Assembly: GCA_963575745.1 (NCBI GenBank)
Contig: CAUYUJ010000206.1
Location: forward strand, 1-64,000
From: Prorocentrum cordatum
Taxonomy: Eukaryota
DNA length: 64,000 nt
Direction: 5' to 3'
Made by a program: the position numbers and the translations under genes. The notes below the pieces were generated by a model that was not told where the DNA came from, made no database searches, and worked only from the letters and a program-made list of their open reading frames with translations. Positions 25,370 to 37,219 of the stretch are shown here, piece by piece (position 1 is the stretch's first letter; each line of letters opens with the position of its first letter).

Positions 25370-26694
25370 TCACAGGGGAGAGACGAGACCAGTGTTCATT
25401 GTAGCTGTGGAGCTAGGACGAGGAGCCCTTACATTCGGATGAGGGGAAGGTGCCGACACGGCCGCTCGTCCTGGAGAGTCCTCGGCGCCACCGCCGGATT
25501 CGCCTCCAAATTCTGGTCTGAACACCTCAGGAGAGGCCCAAGGAGTAGCTGTATCGGTACGTATGCCCCTGCTCCCCCAAACGCAGGCTACCCGCGGGGG
25601 CGCCAAGATCATCGCGCGTCGCGCTCTGGGCCGCACAGCCGCCTTCCTCCGAGGCGCGCTGGCGCGGCGGCAGCTGCTCGGGGGCCCCCGAACGGGGCGG
25701 TGACCACACCGTGCTCCTCCTCCTCCTCCTCCTCCTCCTCCTCCTCCTCCTCCTCCTCCGTGAGTCGGTGGGGCTTCGGGGTCACCGCACGGTTTTGGGA
25801 CTCGGGTCGTTCGCCGAGGACGTCTCGGGCGACAGGGGCCTCCGGGGTCCCAAGACCGTGCGGTGGCGGGCCGTGCGGTGAGGTCTCGGAGGATTTCGAG
25901 GTCACCGCACGGTCTGTCACCGCACCGTTTCTGGACTCCAAGGCTGCGTCCTGCCGCGGGGCGCGATGCGCGAAGTTAGCCGACCCGAGGCGAGACACAT
26001 CACACGGGCACGCCGCGGCGCGCGTGGGCGAGGCGTGGGCGAGGCGCCGGCGGCAGCTGGCGCGAAGGGCCCGAGGCGCGAGGGGGGCACTTCGCCGAGG
26101 CTTTGGGGCGGCATGGGATTCTCACCCGCGATGGCTTGCCATTCGCCCCGGCCTCCATTCGCCCAGACTCCAGCGTGACGTGTTCTGCCCACTCTGGTCG
26201 TTTCTCCGACTCCGGTTCACGCCTTTCCGGCTCCGGTTCCCATCCATCTCTCCGGCTCCGGCTCCGATTCTTGCCCCCAACACGTCTCCTGAGCGCTTCG
26301 GCCCCCGCGCCGCATCTTGCAGGATCCTGCAGGGCCAGGGGTGCACTGACCCGGGTTGCGAGCAGGATCTTGAAGGATTTTGCAGTATCTTGCAAAGCCC
26401 GACTGACCCGGGTCACTCGGGTCAGTAGATCCGCGAGACTCCTCAGCCTGGCCCGCCGGTCCATTTCCCCTCTTCCCTCTGCTCCTTTGCTCGCCGTCTC
26501 CTCGTGGTGGCCTGGCGTGCGGAATGGTCGGGGCCGGCCTTGCGCCGGCGCGGTACGGGTCCCGAAGGTTACCGTCACAGGTTGCTGGCGGTCCCAGCGC
26601 CCTGTGTGAGGAGGACGAGGAGGAGGAGGAGGAGGAGGAGGAAGAAGAATAAGAAGAAGAGGAGCAGCAGGAGGAGGAGGAGGAGGAGGACGAT

Positions 26695-27380
26695 GACCAG
26701 TGTAAACCCAAGAGTCATCAACGATGTTGGAATAAACCCTCCCTCCAAGCTCCCGTTTCATAGGCCCCTACAACGGCTCATTTCCATAAAAGGAATTGCC
26801 TCTTTGGAAGACAATTGTTGAAAGACCGTGAACCATGCCAAAACATTGTTCTCGGAATTCCAACGCCACGGATCAACCTGACTGTTGCGTCTTGACAATC
26901 CTGAATCGTGCCAGACCGCGGTTCATGGGACTTCAACACAGTGAATCAACATAATTGTTGCACAGCATGCTCCTGAATCGCTTCAAAACACCATTTCTGG
27001 CACGTTGATGATGGGAATCCATGAATCTCTTACGAATGTTGAAAACGAATGTGCGCCGCGCTAAGGCGAGAGTCACATTTTGAAAACCACCTGCCCTCAA
27101 TCCAGCTCTTGCAATGTTTAAAGACAAATGTGCGCCGCGCTGTGGCGAGAGCCACATGTCGAAAACGGCCCGCCCTCCACCCGTGAAACTCTTGCAAATT
27201 TGAAGACGAATGTGCGCCGCGCTAAGGTCAGAGCCACATGTTGAAAACGACCCGCCCTCCATCTGTGAAATTGTTGCCAATCTTTCTGTTTCAGAGTCAT
27301 AAGTGGTATGGAAGTCTCAGGCGAAACGCCCGGCCCGCCCTAAAAACTTGCCTCGGGGTGCGACAGGGAGAAGGTATTTA
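26695..27380 (-). mobile_element. Dispersed 0.7-0.9 kb non-coding repeat with internal ~80-bp subrepeats (possible SINE-like), copy 1; strand is inferred
   Basis: Homologous to 52024-52826 and 52850-53785; subunit GAATGTGCGCCGCGCTAAGGCGAGAGCCACATTTTGAAAA; abuts (GGA)n. Confidence 0.75.
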
Positions 27381-27480
27381 TGGTCCCGGGCTCTGGGCCC
27401 ACGGGCCCCCCCCCCTCCCCCCCAGATGGTATGGTCCCAGGATTCCTCGGCCCCCCCCCCCCAGATGGTATGGTCCCAGA

Positions 27481-27552
<72 letters not shown>

Positions 27553-27569
27553 CACGGCGACGGCGACGG

Positions 27570-27617
<48 letters not shown>

Positions 27618-27662
27618 ACGGCGACGGCGACGGCGACGACGACGACCGCGACGACGACGATC

Positions 27663-27693
<31 letters not shown>

Positions 27694-27862
27694 TGACGAC
27701 GACGACGACCACGACGACGACGACGGCTGCGGCGGCGACGACGCGGCGGCGGCGGCGGCGACGACGACGATGACGACGATGACGACGGCGACGACGACGA
27801 TGACGACGACGACGACGACGAGGACGAGACGACGAGGACGAGGACGACGACGACGACGACGA
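27481..27862. repeat. (GAC)n / (GACGGC)n microsatellite, followed by two ~78-bp tandem units (27862-28020)
   Basis: Directly visible. Confidence 0.95.
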
Positions 27863-28245
27863 CCTCTGAACCACCACAGCACCACACCACATCCACAGGG
27901 GGGGGAGGGGGGCACCGCAGCGCAGCACCACGCCACGCCCACCTCTGAACCACCACAGCACCACACCACATCCACAGGGGGGGGGGGGGGCACCGCAGCG
28001 CAGCACCACGCCACGCCCACAGGGGGGGGCGGGGGGGACCATCGCGCGCAAGGGGGGGGGGCCCAATGGCATCAGCATTGGGGGGGGGGGCCCAAGCCCT
28101 GGACCATTTATCAGGAAAGGGAATGGATTAGGAGGAGGAGGAGGAGGAGGAGGATGAGGAGGAGGAGGAGGAGGACGACGACGACGAGGAGGAGGACGAC
28201 GGACGAGGACGAGGACGAGGACGAGGAGGAGGAGAGGAGGAGGAG

Positions 28246-28280
<35 letters not shown>

Positions 28281-30062
28281 GAGACGAGGAGGAGGACGAG
28301 GAGGAGGAGGAAATAGAGGAGGCAACACGCAGGACGCAGGAGGCAGGGATGACGTTGCATGGGATGACGTTGCATGGGATGATGAGGAGGAGCAGGAGGA
28401 GGAGGAGGAGGAGGAGCAGGAGGACGAGGAGGAAGAGGAGGAGGAGGAGGAGGAAGAGGAGGACCAAGACCAGGACCAGGACGAGGACGAGGACGAGGAG
28501 GAGGAGGAGGAGGTTCGGTTCGGTTCGGATGTCCACGAAAGAAGGGTCAAGCCCTTTCTACCGGGTGGGTTCCAAGCCAGTTTGGGCCCGACGGGGGGAG
28601 GGAGGAGGGAGGGCGGGAGGGAGGGAGAGGAGGAGGAGGAGGAGGAGGAGGAGGAGGAGGACGAGGAGGATTGGATTGGATTGGATTGGACACTTCTGGA
28701 GAGAGAGGGTAGCACAAGACAGACTGAGGGAACTGGGATAGAACCCCTTGCCGCTACGCGCGCGGCCAGGGATGATATTCGCGCGCTCCCCCTGTGAACC
28801 TGTGGAACCCACGGGACGCCACGCATGCTCTCCGCAATGCAGGGCGCTGGGGAGGAGGAGGAGGAGGAGGAGGAGGAGGAGGAGGAGGAGGCGGAGGAGG
28901 AGGAGGAGGAGGAAGAGGAGGAGGAGGAGGAGGAAGAGGAGGAGGAGGAGGAGGAGGAGGGAGAGGCAGAGGGCGGAGGAGGAGGGACGAGGACGACGAC
29001 GAGAGAAAGGAGGCAGGGTTGGAGGGAGGAAGGGATGGAGAGGAGGGAGAGGAGGGAGGGAGGGAGGGAGGGAGAGGAGGCAGGGAGGGAGGGAGGGAGG
29101 GAGGGAGAGAGGGGGGGGGTGCGGAGCAGCATGTCATCTTCAGCGGCTCGCGCAGTGCGTTCGAGAGCACGTCGTGCACGGCAGCTCCAGAGCACGGGCT
29201 GACTCCGCGCGTGACGGTTTCGACCCGCGTGTGAGTTCACAGGGCTCGACTACTGCGCTCAAGGGAGAAAAAACACCCAGACCGGACAATTGGCGTTTAC
29301 TGAACGGCCTTGGGCGTTTGCTAAACAGCCCTGCCCTGTTCGATTCCTTCTTTGGGTGCGTTTACTAAACGGCTTCACGTGTCGGGGTGGTCATTATCGG
29401 GGTGGATCTTCTGCCCTCTATGCACAGGCCATCGCTGATTCTGTCGATCGCTACCCCACCCCTCTTGCCACCACAGACTGCAGTAGCAGAGAGGCCGCAT
29501 AGATTCAAGCCGTGGTGCACTCCATGGTCCCACACCTCGCCAGCCGGGCCGTGCAGTCACGTGCGGTCAAAGGATGCTGCAGGGCAGGTGGCACCGAACA
29601 CGAGCGGCATTGATTGTTGTCGCCAGCATGCTGCCGAGAGTGGGGCGTGGACTGATGGCCTTGCAAGCGTAGGAAGGGCTATGCGGGCTATACACATGAC
29701 GTCTATGTTTTCCCCTGTCGTGATGCCGCACCACCCCTTGGTGGAACCGGTTCTGGGAGGAAGTGCTCGTCGTGTGCCAGTTTTGGGGGGACTTTGTGCA
29801 GGATACGAATGTGAGCGATTCCGTATCTTAGGAGTCGGGGGCTGGCTCGCCTGGGACCCCGTATAGGATGCGAAAGTGAGCGACTCTGTATCTTCGGAGC
29901 CGTGTGAGGGGTTCGTCCGGGGCCCCCGTGAGGAATCCCTATGTGGATGACGTTTGTATCTTCGGACTCGTTTGAATGAAGGTTTAAGCAATCAGGGCTT
30001 GTTTTTTCCGATGGCTCTGACATGTAATGGGCATGCTGCAGCGCATGTTGGCTCGATCCCGA

Positions 30063-30370
30063 GGTGTGTGTGTGTGTGTGTGTTTGTGTGTGTCTGTGTC
30101 TGTGTCTGTGTCTGTGTCTGTGTCTGTGTCTGTGTCTGTGTCTGTGTCTGTGTCTGTGTCTGTGTCTGTGTCTGTGTCTGTGTCCGTGTCCGTGTCCGTG
30201 TCCGTGTCCGTGTCCGTGTCCGTGTCCGTGTCCGTGTCCGTGTCCGTGTCCGTGTCTGTGTCCGTGTCCGTGTCCGTGTCCGTGTCCGTGTCCGTGCCCG
30301 TGTCTGTGTCTGTGTCTGTGTCCGTGTCCGTGTCTGTGTCTGTGTCTGTGTCTGTGTTTGTGTCTGTGTT
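30063..30370. repeat. (GTGTCT)n / (GTGTCC)n hexamer repeat
   Basis: Directly visible. Confidence 0.97.
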
Positions 30371-33299
30371 CTGTGCTCGCGAGGGGCTTCGCTCGTCGGA
30401 GTGCGCATGGTATGTGCGGCTCTCCCGCCCCTCCTGAGCAGTACCCATCGGTCGTTGACAGTAGGTATTTTTGGAGTCGCAGATTCCAATCTACTTTAAG
30501 CGCCTTCCTACTTCAATGATCGAGTGGCTTCATCGTTTCCGTCCTCCTTAGGGGGCGGACGGAACCCAATCTATTTTCAACGCGTTCCTACTTCATGGTT
30601 CTACCTGCTTTATCCGACCGATGGGTACAGTGGAGACCCATGCCAAGAAGCACCCTGCTTGCCTCCAAGGTCCCCAGGGCTTCTTGGGTTTCGATCATAT
30701 TTTGCTATCTATGGACGGCGTGGCGTTCCCACGCCAAAAATCGATGGAAGTCCCAGGGTCACATGGTTAGGTTTCCTGTGGAAGGTTTCTCGTGGACTGG
30801 CCTCCACTGTGCAGTTGACCCGCAGAGTAAGTATAGGCATCCCTCCCAAGGGCACCCCTGCATCCTTGCCTCCTGGGTCCATCCTTGGACGCTTTCGTTG
30901 GCCGCGCCCCGCTCGAAGCGCTTCGAAATGGGCGTCCGAGGCCCTCGCATCCTTACCGCGCATCCTTATCGCGCATCCTTACTCTGTCGGGTGTGCGCTG
31001 GGATGTAGAAAGAGAGAAGCGGACCACGATGTCTTGCTCTCGGGCGCTGCTGCGCAGGCCGTCGCCCCCTGGTGCATGTGGGAGTCTCGGGACGAGGTCT
31101 CAGGGCCGGGCTTCTCGTGGCAGGTTCCTGAACGAGTGTCGAACACAGGATCGGGGTGAGGAAGGAATAGGAGGAGGAGGAGGAGGAGGAGGAGGAGGAG
31201 GAGGAGGAGGAGGAGGAGGAGGAGGAGGAGGGGGAGGAGGAGGAGGAGGAGGGGGAGGAGGAGGAGGAGGGGGAGGGGGAGGAGGAGGGGGAATTTGTGG
31301 ACTGGCCTCCGCTGCGTGCCGTCTCCGTCGGGGTGCTCCACGGCGTGCCTCGGCGGGGGCCTCCGACCCTCCGCGCCGCGCCAGGAGGGCCCGCCGCCGT
31401 GGGTGCTGCGGATACAGGACCGCCGCTGCCGGTCGCGCGCGGGGGGCACCTCGCGAGCAGGGAGATGGCCAGGGGCAAAACGACGCGAAGATCGGGACAA
31501 AATCGGATCGGGATAACTCGAAATCTCTGAGAATCGGCGGGTTTGGAGGATGCATTGGGCGCCGCGGCCGCTCCAGAGCGTTCCGGAACGCTCTGAGAGC
31601 GCTCCGGAACGCTCTGGAGCGATTTATCCCGATCCTAGCCCTGTTTTATGGGGGCCCCAGGGCACACAGATAGATACGCACAGGTAGCAGGTTCCCCCAT
31701 CTTTGCCCCTACTTTCTGGAGGTGTGTCTTCCACCCCTCCACACACACTTCCCATAGTTTCCCACATTTTCTGTGGAATCGACGATTCATTGTGTCTGTG
31801 TGTTTTTTCCCCTCCTGAGATGGCCAGGGCTGTGATGCTCCAGCCCACATTATAGCCTTGACCACCAGGAAGAATCTCGAGCGCCCAAGAAAGTGCCGAA
31901 GCTCGAGGGTCTTCACGCGTCGGGCCCTGGAAGACACTCGCCCGACACTGTTTCGACACTCTTTTGACACTTTTCTGGGTGCTCGAAATTATTTCTGGGA
32001 TGTGGTCTTTAAGTAGGATGGGAACAACATAAGACCAGGAGGGGGACGGCGACGGCGACGGCGACGTTGACGACGACGACGACGACGTCCTCCGTCCCCC
32101 TCCCGCTCGCCCGAGGGCGAGCAGGAGGGGGGCGGAGGACGAGGAGGACGAGGAGGAGTAGTAGCACTTAGTGGATGGGCAGAGGGCCTCGAAGTTGGCC
32201 GTGTCACCGTGCAGCCAACGTGTGGATAGCGGCACGACGATCTTCTGTCTGAGGATGTAAAAACGGCCGACAGCCTCTTTTCCTGCACCAGAAGAGATGA
32301 TCTCCTACGGTTGGGGAAAGACTTGCTGTCCGAGGCGTTTAGCGTTTACCCGAGCTCAGAGGGCAGCTCGAACCTCGGGTCAATCTTGACTCGTGGGTAC
32401 CACCTTGTGATTGCGTCCATTCCGCTCAGCTCCCATGGTTCTCTCCTTCTTCCCCCCTCCTCTTACCTCCACTCCTCCCTTCCTCCCCCCTCCCCTTTCT
32501 TCCTCTCTCCCCCTGATGACGTCCAGCAGATATCCTGCCCACCTCCGCGGACTGTTTTTTTACACAGGATTTCTGGGAGATGGTTTTCGTTTGGGTTTTT
32601 GTTTCGACATGTTGCTCCCGCTGAGATCGGCTCCATCTCTGCGCCTCGGGTTGTTCCATGTCGTGCTCCCGCTGCAGCGCTGACGTTTTCGGTCCTTCCA
32701 AATATGGCGCCCCGAAAAAATCGGAAGTGATTACACATTCGGTGCCGATTCGTTAATTTTTGGGCCGCAGAAGCCCCTCCTCCCACTTTTTGGCGGTGTC
32801 GTTTTCTGGAAATATCAAGCGGGATCCCCGTTTCTGCTTTGAGAAGGCGATGTTGGAAGCAGAGCCAGCGGGTGCTCTCCATCAGCCCCGCCTTGTGTGG
32901 AGCTTTTCGGGGAGTCCAAGGAGCTAGATATTGAGCCACGACTCCAAACCGGCCCACAGACCTCTCGAAGACGATCCATTTACCCTCCAAGGAACCCGGC
33001 GCCATGCCATGACATGTTGTGCGGTTTTGTGTTCTGTGCCGCTGTACAATGCCATACATTGCGTTGCGCTGATTTGTGATGCCACGCTTCGCTGCGCAAT
33101 GCCACGCCGTGCTATGGCCTGCTGCACTCTGCCGTGCTCTTCTACGCCATGCCATGCCGTGCTCCACCATGCATCGCGTACCCTCTCGCGATCATTGCCC
33201 TGATCGACATCCGATTGTGCGCATAGAGAGGATATCTACGCTACGGTAAGGGATGGGGGGAGGGGCTGGACGTCAGATATGACGCGAGCGCACCTCGCT

Positions 33300-33645
33300 T
33301 GTCCCTCCCCCTCTCTCCCTCCCGCCCTTCCTCCCCTCCTTCCTCCCTCTCTCCCCCCTCCGCTCCACTCCCCCCTTCCTCCTCCCCACTGACACTCCTC
33401 CCTCCTCCTTCCCACTCGCCTGGCCCCTCTCTCCCTCCCGCCCTCCCTCCCCTCCTCCCTCCCTCCTCCCCCCTCCGCTCCCCTCCCCCCTTCCTCCTCC
33501 CCACTGACACTCCTCCCTCCTCCTTCCCACCCCCCTGGCCCCTCTCTCCCTCCCGCCCTCCCTCCCCTCCTCCCTCCCTCCTCCCCCCTCCGCTCCCCTC
33601 CCCCCTTCCTCCTCCCCACTGACACTCCTCCCTCCTCCTTCCCCC
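33300..33645. repeat. Three ~115-bp pyrimidine-rich tandem units
   Basis: CCCCACTGACACTCCTCCCTCCTCCTTCCC occurs three times. Confidence 0.85.
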
Positions 33646-35022
33646 TCCCCTGGCCCCCGCCTCCCGGGCCCCCCGCCCCCCCCCCCCGGGAGGCCGCGCC
33701 GGGCCGCGGGCAGGGCAGCTTGCGATGGCGGCGGGCGCCCCAGAGCCTGCGCCCCCGCGCGGGCGGCGGGGGGCGGGGCAAGAGGAGGAGGAGGAGGAGC
33801 AGGCGGAAGAGGAGGACAGGGTGTGGGCGCGGGAAGGAGGAGGAGGAGGAGGAGGAGGAGGAGGAGGAGGAGGAGGAGGACTGAGGACTGAGGAGTGAGG
33901 AGTGAGGAGTGAGGAGTGAGGAGTGAGGAGTAGGAGGAGTAGGAGGAGGAGGAGCGGCCGTGTGGCAGGGAGGTGGGTGCCCAGATCGGGCATAGCCTTA
34001 AATCGGGCCTGTCTCCCTACAGGGGGATTGTCGACGAAACATAAAGCATACCCCAAGATTGCCCCAGAAAAGTCGAAAAGTATTTTTTAAAAACATAGTC
34101 CCCAGATTATGTTTTAGTTATTGTTTGGCTATTTTGAGGTTATGTTCAATTTTTCGTCGAAGATCCCCCTGTAGGGGGACAAGCCCGACTGGATCCCAGG
34201 TAAGGGACCCGATTGTTATCGGGCCAGACGAAAGGGGGGGATTGGGAAAGGAGGGGGTACGGAATTTGCTGCATGCAGCTGGTTTCGGCCTCACCGAGGG
34301 GCCCATTCCTCGATACGTAGCTGCCTCTGGCGCCGGAGGCGCCGGGAAAATCAGCTACGTGAGCTGATTCTCAGCCCCCCCTTTGCTGTCCCCCCTTTTC
34401 GCCCGGCGCGATAGTAGGAGGGCCCTGGAGCTCCTAAATCGGCCAGAGTCACTGAACCAGGTCTGCCGGAGCTGGTGTTTGTTCGGGTGGCGGCAAGGCC
34501 GATTAGTGGAACGAGCGGGGGCGGCGCCCCCCAGTGCACTTCACTAAACCAGGTCCCACTAAACCCAGTTCTGCCAACGCCCGACCAGAGGAGGAACAGG
34601 TGCCCGTTTCTCAGGAGGAGGAGGAGGAGGATTCAGGGAGGGGGACTCAGAGCAGGAGGACGCAGGGAGGGGGGGGACTCCGAGGAGGAAAAGGTACGCA
34701 CACCTCGAAGCAGGAAAAACTGCACAAACAGAAACTTTTGGCGCTCCGCGCGGGTTTCTTGGATCGACGCGGGGCCCCCCCCCCCCCTCCGGCGCCGCGC
34801 CTGGCGCGCTCCGCGCGCCAGGGAGGGGGGTCCAGCGCAGATACAAGAAATCCACGCGGAGCTCCAAGAGTTAATGCTTATGCCGTTTCCTGTTCCTCTA
34901 ATGCCCCTGCCCTTCCCTCGTCCCCCCGTGTTTGGGCCTCCGGCGGGGCCCTCGTCGCCACCGCGGGGTTCGCCTCGACAAGTTGGTCGGAGCGCACCCC
35001 AGGAGGTCCTGGGGAGCAGCGG

Positions 35023-35196
35023 TATGATCACCACCCACCAAACCACCCCAACCCAACCCGAAGGCTCAGATTTACCCTCGATTTCCAGTGGGGGGGGGTC
35101 GGGAAACATCGAAAAAACACATGTGGAACCCTTACCCCCCCCAACCCGAAATTCGGGTCTTCGGGTTGGGTTGGGGTGGTCTGGTAGGTAGTCATA
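35023..35196. mobile_element. About 175-bp MITE with about 35-bp TIRs
   Basis: ACCAAACCACCCCAACCCAACCCGAAG pairs with CTTCGGGTTGGGTTGGGGTGGTCTGGT. Confidence 0.78.
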
Positions 35197-35712
35197 TGAA
35201 CAGCTTTTGGTTCCACCAGGGGCAGACTCGGGGGCAACGGCAGGCGGCAATGGGAAAGGGACCAATTTGGTGCAGTCGTGCACGAGCGTCGCCCCCCCTT
35301 GACCTCGTAGACGAGCCGCGCGACGGAGAACAGGATGGCCATTGCAGTCGGGGCGCTGAAGAAGGAACCCTTCTCGCTGGGGAGGGGCTCCGTTTAGCTT
35401 GATTGTTTCCCTGATGTTCTCGATGGGAAATCGAGCTTTCACTGATGGGAAAAAGGGGCCCCGTTCCTTATTGAGGGCTCCTTAGGTCAACGTCCCGACT
35501 GCACACGCACACCACGAACAGCACCAGGGATCACATCTGATGGCATCCAGGGGGAGCCGTCGGGGGTTCGGCGCGGCGGGCGCCGTCGCTGCCCGCGTCA
35601 CCGAGAGGGCCTGCTGGGCAACGTTTTGGGGGAGGGACAGGCTCGAAGTGGCAGGTTGCGGAAGTGTTCGTCGGTTCTCGGCCAGCAGCTGCGCTTCGCC
35701 GAGAGTTTTCCA

Positions 35713-35845
35713 CTTGGTATCGCTCGGACGTGTGCATTTTTCCTTCGTCGGGGACCATCGAGGAGCATCCTGTATCATTTGGCGAAAAAGACCACGCACG
35801 AAACCGAAAAAAACACAGGGAATGGACGTCCGAGCGATGGCCAGT
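35713..35845. mobile_element. About 130-bp MITE-like element, copy 2
   Basis: Homologous to 5500-5632 with the same inverted repeats. Confidence 0.65.
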
Positions 35846-36070
35846 CCAGGGGTGCCTGGATCGTCCCGAGCGGCCGCCAAAGGCCCGAGGTACGACCCGA
35901 GCATGTACTTGTCCAGGGCCGCGTTGAGCGCATCGACTCGAGAAAAGTGCCCCGGCCACCTGCTTCTGGTCAGGTCGTCCAGGTTGGACCTACTTGCCTT
36001 ACGCGGGACTTCACTGCCGGGCCAAGCCAGATGCCTGCTGCTACCTCCAGTGCTCACGCTGCCACAATAT

Positions 36071-36252
36071 ATCGGCGGCGAGCGAGGGGGGGGGAATGCG
36101 AAGGAGAAGGCCTTCTCAGAAGGCGGCGGGACTTCTCAGAAGCCCCCGCGCCTTCTGAGAAGTTGTTCTGCACTTCTCAGAAGGCCGGGGGACTTCCGAA
36201 TTTTCTGAGAAGGCCTCTCCTTCTCACTTCCCCCTCTCGCTCGCCGCCGAAT
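36071..36252. mobile_element. About 180-bp foldback MITE, copy 1
   Basis: TCGGCGGCGAGCGAG and CTCGCTCGCCGCCGA termini; internal CTTCTCAGAAG / CTTCTGAGAAG repeats; second copy at 56971-57173. Confidence 0.8.
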
Positions 36253-37020
36253 CTAAGCAGGCCTGGTCATCGACATGCTCGAACAAATGCATACTATGAT
36301 CCAGGGGTGCATCTTGTCTGCGGATCTGCGGCTTAGTACCGTGTGAGATCACCCCGTCCACCGACGCGCTTACATGGCAGGATCGGAGTTGGTTGTCTTC
36401 CAGGTGGGTGGCTTCTGTTTGCCGACGGTGCAGGACACGTTTGTAATTGTTTTTCTGGTTGCACGAGGCTAGTCCCGCAGTGTGGAGGGGGGTGCCCATC
36501 GCACAAGTTCTCAATCGTCTGGCAGTGAGTGCTGCTTTGGCGTAATTTCGCTGCTCGAAGGCCACCTTCATGGGCGCACCATCACTTTTGACACGTCAAA
36601 ATACTGCCCAGGAAATAAGGTCGTTCGCTCAAGGGGCAGGTTGCAATATTCAACGTGAGCGCTCTGCGAGTTGCAGACAGGCTTATCAAATTGTCAATAT
36701 GTTGCTTCGGGCGACGCGAGTCGGTCGGCAGGCTCATTCTCCTCGCTCCAGGATCAGGGATTCGTTGGGCATCCATCCGGGCGGGATCGCTATGGCTCTC
36801 GACCTCGAGGAGGAAGGGGGGAGGGGGGGACGGTGGGGCACAGTGGCAGCGCAGCAGCCTCAGCCAGCAAGCCCGAAGGCCGGCAAGGCCAGCGGCAGCC
36901 ACCCCCCACCCATTCGAGACGATCGAAGGACAGGACAGGACAGGAGCGGCGTGCGCGGAGGCGCGCCCTGTGCGGGCTGCCGTAAGCCTTCTCGCATTCT
37001 CGCACGCGCATTCTCACATG

Positions 37021-37219
37021 TGTGGTCGTACCCCCACTCCCCTCCTCCCTGTGTGTCCCTTGGATCTGACCGTAGCCTGTTGGCTTAAGGCCGCCGGGTC
37101 GGCGGAGTTTCTCAGTACTGTACTGTGGTGTTCAGAGGCGTGCCTCGGAAAACTCTATGCCCATCCTTTGATAACTCGTTATCTTTCGCCTTCTTCGATG
37201 CCCGACGGAGACGATCTCA
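37021..37219 (+). repeat. 5' LTR (TG...CA)
   Basis: Identical to 46403-46601 except the penultimate base. Confidence 0.96.
37069..37089 (+). other. SL-like sequence within the LTR (also at 46451-46471)
   Basis: ACCGTAGCC-TGTTGGCTTAAG versus SL ACCGTAGCCATTTTGGCTCAAG: 19/22 (one gap, two mismatches). Confidence 0.8.

Noticed and set aside
32513..32560. CTGATGA as a hammerhead ribozyme core
   Set aside because: No downstream GAAA with compatible stems.
36655..37197. N-terminal extension of the 1940-aa ORF
   Set aside because: It starts outside the element and crosses the TSD and LTR boundary; fortuitous open frame.
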